DNA from: Bilabrum cf. latius
Taxonomy: Eukaryota
Direction: 5' to 3'
DNA length: 20,000 nucleotides
Assembly: GCA_965178125.1 (NCBI GenBank)
Contig: OZ237743.1
Location: 1,351,703-1,371,702 of the forward strand
The notes under the pieces: generated by a model
Database searches by the model: none
The model's input: only the letters and a program-made list of their open reading frames with translations
What the model was told of the DNA's origin: nothing
In this document: positions 11,346 to 18,750 of the stretch, one piece after another
Numbering within the stretch: position 1 is the stretch's first letter
Layout: each line of letters opens with the position of its first letter
Made by a program: the position numbers and the translations under genes

Positions 11346-12314
11346 ATGAATAAACCAACCGCTGGAGTTCAAGAGGTCTAGCGAAGACGGTGGGATAAAG
11401 ATGAGTACGAGAGGCGAGCGGCAGCACGCCGAGAAGGCCTTGAACATCTGGCCACTGATGGGGAGTGGCATGGAAAAGACAGAGCCGACAAACTTGCTGC
11501 CGCAGAAGAGCTCATTGGGAATCAGGCTCGCAGTGAGGTGGACGCTGATGCAGACAAGCTGCAGGAGAAATCTATATCGGTATTGAGCGCTGGCCCGAAC
11601 GCGCAAGGTCCAGCGATGAGCAAGAGGGCATGGCTCAAGAAGCGCGACTTTGACGTAAGCGTAGACAATAGAATAGGATAGCGCTCCATAATTACGGCTG
11701 GGGCAGTAGGCGTGCACGGCGGAGGATTCTACTGCCCGGTTACAAAGGTCACTCTGAAGGATTCCCAGTCCTATCTAGATCACATCAATGGCCGGAAATA
11801 TCAGAAAGCACTTGGTTATGGAATGCGGGCAGAGCGATCAACAGCGTCTGATGTTCGATCGAAACTGAAAAGCCTTCTGGAGCCGAAAGCGGGAGTGGCA
11901 ACGGCGGCACCTGCTGAATCAGCAAAAGAAAGGCGAAAAAGGAAGAGAGAACAGCAGAAAGCAGAGAAAGCACGAGACAATGGGTTAGGTGGGATGATGG
12001 ATGCGCAATCAATTGCACAGCAGCTGGGTCTGGCAATGTCTCAGCAAGGCGGTGCAAATGCTGGACAACCGGCTAGTGCAGCTAGCATACAGTCACTGGC
12101 TAGTTCCGAGTTGGACTCTGAGCCTGCAGCGAAGAGGCCCCGAGTGGGTCCATCCACGCAAGATAGTCAGGCGGACCCGGGCTAGCTCGGTGACGGTCCC
12201 TGGGAGGCGGAGGGCAAGTTTGCTGGTCTGGACGAGGTGCCCGAGGCTGCCATCGACTGGCAGCTGGCACGGGCCATGGGGGTCGAGGTTGCATCGCTAG
12301 GTATGGAACCATGA
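11346..12314 (+). CDS. ZMAT2: ZMAT2/Snu23 U4/U6.U5 tri-snRNP-associated matrin-type zinc finger protein (322 aa; in-frame TAG at 11379, 11679, 12183; stop TGA)
   Basis: MNKPTAGVQEV*RRRWDKDEYERRA ... RAWLKKRDFDVSVDNRIG*RSIIT...GGFYCPVTKVTLKDSQSYLDHINGRKYQKALGYGMRAERST matches the ZMAT2 blocks RRKWDKDEY and GYYC..C...VKDS..[24 protein letters not shown]. C-terminal IDWQLARAMG resembles the MAAMMGF tail. Confidence 0.9.
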
Positions 12315-12366
12315 TTGCGCGCCTGTGCAGTCCCACCCAATTCATTCACTGGCAGTCGTTCCTGTA

Positions 12367-13219
12367 TCAGCCCTTTTCACCAGCCACCTGCTCACCACCA
12401 TCCTTCCCGGGTGCCTACTGCTGCTCAGCTCTCCTCCGCTTCCACATGGCCACTTCCTCCTCGTGCCGCGCTAGAGCCAGCTGCCTCTCCTCCTCCTCGG
12501 TGAGGGGCGCCGCACTGCCGTCCAGAGAGCGAGCCCCGGAACCAATGCCGTCGGCTCCCATCGCAGCGCCACGGAGGGCGCGCTGCAGCCTGGCTCTCGC
12601 AGCCATCTGTGCCTCCTCGATTGCTCCGCTGTCTTTATCCTCATAGAATCTTCGGATTCCCATTGCTGTGTTGATCTGCTGCCGGCGACAAGTGAACCAA
12701 ATCACTGACAGCATTCCGAAATATGTTGCGAACCCCCAATTCCTTGTTCGAATAAGACAGCCTGCTGACATGCAGACAGATCGAAAGCAGACATGAATGC
12801 GCTATAATCAAATGGGGCAAATTACTCAATTAGCCTAGTCGATTGCCACACTCACCTCCAGATTCCTTGAACCGGTGTGCTGCCATTAGTATGCCGCACC
12901 CTGTTGCCCAAGAGAAGGCCTCAATTGCACATTTCTCCTAGTGAAACGTTCGTAGGCTTTCCATATAATCATTCCATGAGCCCCTCAGTCCTCTGCGGAC
13001 CAGTTCAGACCAGGTCGTTGGCTACGCAGACATCTGCCTCTTCTCTTTCAGCCCTTGCACGTACTCTGAGAGATCTTCGCTTATTTCTCCCTGATCGCTT
13101 CCTATTTCAATTTCTCTCGAGGCGTCACAAGCTGCTTTTCCGCGAGTACCGGCCACGAGGAGACCCGCTGATGCCACAGCGAACTGTACTCGACGAATGC
13201 GCAAACACCGTGCCAGCAT
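12367..13219 (-). CDS. COX20: probable cytochrome c oxidase assembly factor COX20-like protein (~252 aa; exon 1 13219-12856, intron 12855-12762, exon 2 12761-12367; in-frame TAG at 13022-13024, 12938-12940, 12415-12417; stop TGA)
   Basis: Arg-rich mitochondrial-presequence-like start MLARCLRIRRVQF. Core FH*EKCAIEAFSWATGCGILMAAHRFKESG-GCLIRTRNWGFATYFGMLSVIWFTCRRQQ fits the COX20 pattern (H..PC...., two TM helices, NW, W..CR). Canonical G|GTGAGT...CAG|GC intron. Confidence 0.65.
12762..12855 (-). other. spliceosomal GT-AG intron (94 nt, phase 1; alternative NAGNAG acceptor 3 nt upstream)
   Basis: Donor GTGAGT at 12855, acceptor TCAGCAG ending at 12762; the splice is frame-restoring. Confidence 0.75.
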
Positions 13220-13402
13220 TCGTCGCCGTCAGGTAGAAAAAATTTAATATGTACTTGTTCTGGCGCTGGCTAGAAACCAAACTTGATTAATCTGTCCAGC
13301 TCTACTTGCGTCGAATTGGTTACACACGAACTTCGTGTTGATGAACGTTCCGCAATCGCAGTGCCAGCTGCCAGCTGCGATCGTGCACACGTAGGTCGAA
13401 GA

Positions 13403-14047
13403 ATGGCAGCAGTGTCTGCAAAGTCTGGCTCTCCTCCTTCAGATAAAATGGTTGAAGCTTCGCCGAATCTGCGTTTGCTGTGGCATTTGGGAAACGAAGG
13501 GCTGTTGGAAGGCGGCGATTCGGAACGAAGCGATGATATTAAGGACTACTCTGAAGTGAAATTATTTGGTGATTGTGACATGCGCGTCTACTTGGGTCGC
13601 GGATACGAAAACTTGGAGGAGGTGTGCAAAGCCCTGTGTACGGCTCGCAAGTACAGGCGTTCGCTGCCAGATCTTGGTTCGACAGGTCGGCTCGAGCTGC
13701 CAGGTGAAGACTTCACCGGTCAACTGGAATCTATGCTAGGGCACCATGGAAAAGGTTGGTCAAGCATCAAAGGAGTCGTCACAGATGACACTGGAAGGAT
13801 CGACGAGAAGCATTATCTCAGCCACAAGCTCGAAGATGGAGAATGGGAGCAGAAGGAAACTGCAGGAGACCGACTAGAAGGGACTGCATATACCATGTGG
13901 ATAGCTGAAGGCATGGACTTGGACTCAATGAACGTGAAGCAGGGGCACACCGTGCTTGACGATGGCAACCATGCCATACAGGTTCTGCAGCTGGATGGGG
14001 CTACTGGTGGATGGGACTGGTTCATCATTGACAGGGTTACTTCCTGA
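13403..14047 (+). CDS. hypothetical protein (214 aa from ATG 13403; stop TGA)
   Basis: Open frame with globular, acidic, protein-like composition, filling the gap between two genes. No family recognised; the start is uncertain. Confidence 0.6.
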   Translation: MAAVSAKSGSPPSDKMVEASPNLRLLWHLGNEGLLEGGDSERSDDIKDYSEVKLFGDCDMRVYLGRGYENLEEVCKALCTARKYRRSLPDLGSTGRLELPGEDFTGQLESMLGHHGKGWSSIKGVVTDDTGRIDEKHYLSHKLEDGEWEQKETAGDRLEGTAYTMWIAEGMDLDSMNVKQGHTVLDDGNHAIQVLQLDGATGGWDWFIIDRVTS

Positions 14048-14255
14048 ACCTCTGTCGGTACTCTATGCACCACCCAACCAAATCGGTCCGGTACGTCGTA
14101 GCTGCTGTATCCAGGTTTCAGAGCATGTTCCTGGAAAGATCCGAGTTGCGGGTATGGTCTCAACGGTGCGAGCCCCTGTCACAACTGTCCTGTTTAGCAG
14201 TTTCGATCTTTCACTGCAACCAAACCATTGCACCATGATCATTTATTGTAAGAAA

Positions 14256-15251
14256 ATGAGGTCAGTGGTACTGTCGGCAGCTGCAGCAGTGCTGCTGCAG
14301 TCCCCCTGCACCGCTGCACTGGGAGGGACCAAGTGCAACAGCCGAGTTGCAGCCGATTTCGATGGGCCAAACTGGGCATGGCTGCCGCTGGAGTTCCAGG
14401 CAACTGGCTCGCCAGCTGCAAGCTGCAAGCTTCCGTCTAGAGTGAGTTTATGCCTGGCCCCTTTGCTCCTGCTCCTGGATTGCATGCTGACTAGATGGCG
14501 AAATGGCATCATCCACTGAGCTCGCTCCATGCACGGCCACGAGGAAAACATAACAGATCTCATATTCTGTGCATAAAATGTGCTGTACTACTTGCATTCA
14601 TTTTTGCAGGGTCGAGCCATGTTCGCCGGCAGCATGCAGCTGCATGTGCCGCCTCTGCCTCAGGATCCCTCTGCAACCCTAGCCACTGAGCAGGCCATCA
14701 TCGAGGTTGCATGGGACTTCCACACTGGACAAGCTGGGAATGCCAGCGTGACTGTGTTGTCCACGGGGGCGGACAGCAACACCACCATGCTACACTGGGT
14801 GCACCGCGACGACTTGCAGGCGCAGTTCGTTGCATGGGGCCAGCATGACGCACCGCGGCTGCAGGCCAGCTAGCTGCTGTCACACCAGGTGCAAGGCCAG
14901 GCTCTTGTCTCGCAGCTGATATTCACAGGGGCCGGTTCTTGCCGGAGGTACAGGGACACGAACATCCAGTCGCCCCAGGTGACCGGCGATCTGGTACTAG
15001 TCCCGCTCCCTGGGCGCGGGAGGACATTTATGGCTTCTACGGCTGAGAACATGTCCATCACGACCGTGGAGCCAGTGGTGGCATTTGAAAGCTGTGTCCC
15101 GGTGGGTATCACGCGGACTTTCTGTCCCAGTGGAAGCGGGGCTGGAGGCTCAGCCAATTGCAACAAGGTAGCAGCTGGCCTGCTGGCGGTGCAGTTTGGA
15201 GATGAAGCCGGGCCGATGAATTTCAACGTCCCAGATGCATGCCAAGATTGA
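14256..15251 (+). CDS. secreted protein, possibly ependymin-related (~275 aa; exon 1 14256-14441, intron 14442-14609, exon 2 14610-15251; in-frame TAG at 14871; stop TGA)
   Basis: Signal-peptide-like MRSVVLSAAAAVLLQSPCTA; phase-0 GTGAGT...TTTTTGCAG intron; ORFs 14580-14873 and 14889-15251 are one frame split by TAG; N-glycosylation sequons NAS, NTT, NMS; Cys motifs CKLP, SCVPV and terminal FNVPDAC. Confidence 0.65.
14442..14609 (+). other. spliceosomal GT-AG intron (168 nt, phase 0)
   Basis: Strong donor GTGAGT, pyrimidine tract plus CAG; contains an in-frame TGA at 14517. Confidence 0.7.
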
Positions 15252-15325
15252 AACCAAGCACTAAATTGCGCATGGCGATTGTACAAATGGCACCCACACT
15301 CACAGCTGTACCCCGACATCCACAT

Positions 15326-15568
15326 GCACACTCAGCTGCACCCTGGCGTCCATCCAGCGCCCACACCATCTCCCACCCACACACTCAGCGGCACCCTGGC
15401 GTCCATCCAGCGCCCACACCAGCTCCCACCCACACACTCAGCGGCACCCTGGCGTCCATCCAGCGCCCACACCAGCTCCCACCCACACACTCAACTGCAC
15501 CCTGGCGTCTATCCAGCGCCCACACCAGCTCCCACCCACACACTCAGCTGCACCCTGGCGTCCATCCA
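15326..15568. repeat. 53-bp C/A-rich subtelomeric minisatellite, ~4.6 copies
   Basis: Unit CACACACTCAGCGGCACCCTGGCGTCCATCCAGCGCCCACACCAGCTCCCACC; the CTCA(G/A) anchor recurs at 15331, 15384, 15437, 15490 and 15543. Confidence 0.95.
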
Positions 15569-15570
15569 CG

Positions 15571-16182
15571 GTAGGGTTAGGGTTAGGGTTAGGGTTAGGG
15601 TTAGGGTTAGGGTTAGGGTTAGGGTTAGGGTTAGGGTTAGGGTTAGGGTTAGGGTTAGGGTTAGGGTTAGGGTTAGGGTTAGGGTTAGGGTTAGGGTTAG
15701 GGTTAGGGTTAGGGTTAGGGTTAGGGTTAGGGTTAGGGTTAGGGTTGGGGTTAGGGTTAGGGTTAGGGTTAGGGTTAGGGTTAGGGTTAGGGTTAGGGTT
15801 AGGGTTAGGGTTAGGGTTAGGGTTAGGGTTAGGGTTAGGGTTAGGGTTAGGGTTAGGGTTAGGGTTAGGGTTAGGGTTAGGGTTAGGGTTAGGGTTAGGG
15901 TTAGGGTTAGGGTTAGGGTTAGGGTTAGGGTTAGGGTTAGGGTTAGGGTTAGGGTTAGGGTTAGGGTTAGGGTTAGGGTTAGGGTTAGGGTTAGGGTTAG
16001 GGTTAGGGTTAGGGTTAGGGTTAGGGTTAGGGTTAGGGTTAGGGTTAGGGTTAGGGTTAGGGTTAGGGTTAGGGTTAGGGTTAGGGTTAGGGTTAGGGTT
16101 AGGGTTAGGGTTAGGGTTAGGGTTAGGGTTAGGGTTAGGGTTAGGGTTAGGGTTAGGGTTAGGGTTAGGGTTAGGGTTAGGG
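15571..16182 (+). repeat. internal telomeric tract (TTAGGG)~101
   Basis: Near-perfect array with a single TTGGGG variant at 15745-15750. Confidence 0.98.
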
Positions 16183-16242
16183 TATCTAATATAAAGTCAG
16201 GGACAGGGTCGGGGAAAAAATATTTTCATCTTCAATATTTGT
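16183..16242 (+). repeat. ~60-bp telomere-adjacent leader, copy 1 (TATCTAATATAAAGTCAGGGACAGGGTCGGGG...)
   Basis: Near-identical sequence recurs at 18325-18384, again directly after TTAGGG and directly before a 155-bp array. Confidence 0.9.
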
Positions 16243-17318
16243 CGAAAAACGACGTGCTATGATCTCGGTAACTACAGGTGATATGAAGACCGTTCAAACT
16301 GCATCGGGACGGCCTGGGGGCACAACATGGGCCAAATGTTCCCCAGGTTCCGTTCTGGCCGCGTGGCGCCGATATGGGTGTATGAAGAATTTCACACCGA
16401 AAAACGACGTGCTACGATCTCGGCAACTACAGGTGATATGAAGACCGTTCAAACTGCATCGGGACGGCCTGGGGGCACAACATGGGCCAAATGTTCCCCA
16501 GGTTCCGTTCTGGCCGCGCGGCGCCGATATGGGTGTATGAAGAATTTCACACCGAAAAACGACGTGCTACGATCTCGGCAACTACAGGTGATATGAAGAC
16601 CGTTCAAACTGCATCGGGACGGCCTGGGGGCACAACATGGGCCAAATGTTCCCCAGGTTCCGTTCTGGCCGCGCGGCGCCGATATGGGTGTATGAAGAAT
16701 TTCACACCGAAAAACGACGTGCTACGATCTCGGCAACTACAGGTGATATGAAGACCGTTCAAACTGCATCGGGACGGCCTGGGGGCACAACATGGGCCAA
16801 ATGTTCCCCAGGTTCCGTTCTGGCCGCGCGGCGCCGATATGGGTGTATGAAGAATTTCACACCGAAAAACGACGTGCTACGATCTCGGCAACTACAGGTG
16901 ATATGAAGACCGTTCAAACTGCATCGGGACGGCCTGGGGGCACAACATGGGCCAAATGTTCCCCAGGTTCCGTTCTGGCCGCGCGGCGCCGATATGGGTG
17001 TATGAAGAATTTCACACCGAAAAACGACGTGCTACGATCTCGGCAACTACAGGTGATATGAAGACCGTTCAAACTGCATCGGGACGGCCTGGGGGCACAA
17101 CATGGGCCAAATGTTCCCCAGGTTCCGTTCTGGCCGCGCGGCGCCGATATGGGTGTATGAAGAATTTCACACCGAAAAACGACGTGCTACGATCTCGGCA
17201 ACTACAGGTGATATGAAGACCGTTCAAACTGCATCGGGACGGCCTGGGAGCACAACATGGGCCAAATGTTCCCCAGGTTCCGTTCTGGCCGCGCGGCGCC
17301 GATATGGGTGTATGAAGA
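16243..17318. repeat. 155-bp tandem satellite, variant A, ~6.9 near-identical copies
   Basis: CGAAAAACGACGTGCT recurs at 16243, 16398, 16553, 16708, 16863, 17018 and 17173. Confidence 0.97.
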
Positions 17319-17570
17319 TTTGCATGTTTATTCAATATGCATGGTTTATCTGTCAATTGTAGAATGGGTATGGTGTACATGACAGTTGTATTTGCTGTGT
17401 GGATTGCTTTGATCTAAGGTATTAACTGGTTGACACGTCAAGACTCAACAGAATGCCTCCCGGCTCCTAATGCTGCGTCCGAATGGGTCAATGGCAGACA
17501 CTTTGGCAAACTCCTCTCACAAGCTGGCCCAGCTGCCACTGACCTCAATTGCCGTCCCCCTGCCTGCCTC

Positions 17571-18198
17571 TCACTCGTCACCGAAAGCTGCTAGGAGCGC
17601 TTCCACAGCGTCGACGTCTGCCGCATTGAGATCTCCTTTCGCCGTCTTCTCGAGGGCCGTCATCAGGTTTGCGAACATTTCCAACTCGCGGTCCCTCTCT
17701 TCAATTGTTGCCTCCACGTCCTCGCGCATGTCTTTGAGAGTCCGGCTGACGCCCATCGCGCTGTCATCGCAGGCAGCAAGGATGCGGTCCACCAGGTGCC
17801 GCTGCTAGTCGGTGAAGGCGGTGTCCTCCATTCCACTGTTGTTGTCAGAGTCGTCTTGCTGGTTCTGGCCGTCGTTTTCTTCTTCCTCAACCAGCTGCTC
17901 CTCATCCTCCTCGTCCTGCTGCTCAAACCCCATTGGAGCGTCGTCCTCGTCCTGCTCTCCAGCTGCGTCTGCGCGGTACCGACCACCGATGTCCTCTTCA
18001 TCTTCGTCAGAGTCCTGACGAGGCAGTGATGCTGCTGCTCCACTCCTTGCGCCACTTGCTCCCCTTTTCTCCTGTTCAACGGCGCGGCGTGCTCCTCTGC
18101 CATTGCCTGGTTGGACGACTGCCGGTCGCTCGGGCTGCCTCTATGCCCGCGGCTCAGCCTCAGCCGCCTTCTTGCCCTTTGACTCTGCCGGTTGTGCC
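17571..18198 (-). pseudogene. 5'-truncated fragment of an acidic protein gene (C-terminal ~209 codons; in-frame TAG at 18141-18143 and 17805-17807; stop TGA)
   Basis: Reading TAG as sense gives one frame KAQPAESKGKKAAEAEPRA*RQPERP...QDSDEDEEDIGG...EQQDEEDEEQLVEEENDGQNQQDDSD...AFTD*QRHLVDRILAACDD...LLAAFGDE. The frame is open right up to the telomeric tract, with no start codon at its 5' edge. Confidence 0.65.
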
Positions 18199-18324
18199 TT
18201 AGGGTTAGGGTTAGGGTTAGGGTTAGGGTTAGGGTTAGGGTTAGGGTTAGGGTTAGGGTTAGGGTTAGGGTTAGGGTTAGGGTTAGGGTTAGGGTTAGGG
18301 TTAGGGTTAGGGTTAGGGTTAGGG
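18199..18324 (+). repeat. internal telomeric tract (TTAGGG)21
   Basis: 126 bp perfect array. Confidence 0.98.
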
Positions 18325-18750
18325 TATCTAATATAAAGTCAGGGACAGGGTCGGGGGAAAAAAAATTTCATCTTCACTTTTTGTCGAAAAAATGCGCGCG
18401 ACGATCTCGGCAACCAGATGAGATATGAGGACCGTTCAAACTGCATCGGGACGGCCTGGGGGTACAATGTGGGGCAAATGTTCCCCAGGTTCCGTTTTGA
18501 CCGCGCGGCGACAATATGGCTGGACGAAGATTGTCATGCAGAAAAAATGCGCGCAACGATCTCGGCAACCAGATGAGATATGAAGACCGTTCAAACTGCA
18601 TCGGGACGGCCTGGGGGTACAATGTTAGGCAAATGTTCCCCAGGTTCCGTTTTGACCGCGCGGCGACAATATGGCTGGACGAAGATTGTCATGCAGAAAA
18701 AATGCGCGCGACGATCTCGGCAACCAGATGAGATATGAAGACCGTTCAAA
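18325..18750. repeat. leader copy 2 (18325-18384) plus 155-bp satellite variant B, ~2.4 copies, truncated by the terminal telomere
   Basis: Period 155 (GAAAAAATGCGCGC at 18386, 18541, 18696); shares cores GACCGTTCAAACTGCATCGGGACGGCCTGGGGG and CAAATGTTCCCCAGGTTCCGTT with variant A. Confidence 0.95.

Noticed and set aside
2653-13219. Cluster of pseudogenes with nonsense mutations
   Set aside because: All interruptions are TAG, with no TAA, TGA or frameshift in thousands of codons. Functional motifs are intact and several unrelated genes are affected.
15279-16262. ORFs encoding (VR)n and (GL)n proteins, also at 18103-18428
   Set aside because: These are simple translations of TTAGGG tracts and the 53-bp minisatellite; nothing here supports expression.
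16243-17318. CRISPR array, or repeated 89-aa genes
   Set aside because: Units are identical head-to-tail with no unique spacers, and the context is eukaryotic. The 155-bp period is not a multiple of 3, so the ORFs are by-products of the repeat.
2653-18198. UAG as pyrrolysine, or as Trp via A-to-I editing
   Set aside because: Pyrrolysine is not known in eukaryotes. TAG contexts are polar, low-complexity linkers where Trp is improbable, and conserved Trp sites use TGG.
15571-18324. Telomere-telomere fusion site
   Set aside because: All tracts are TTAGGG on the same strand; there is no inverted CCCTAA tract.
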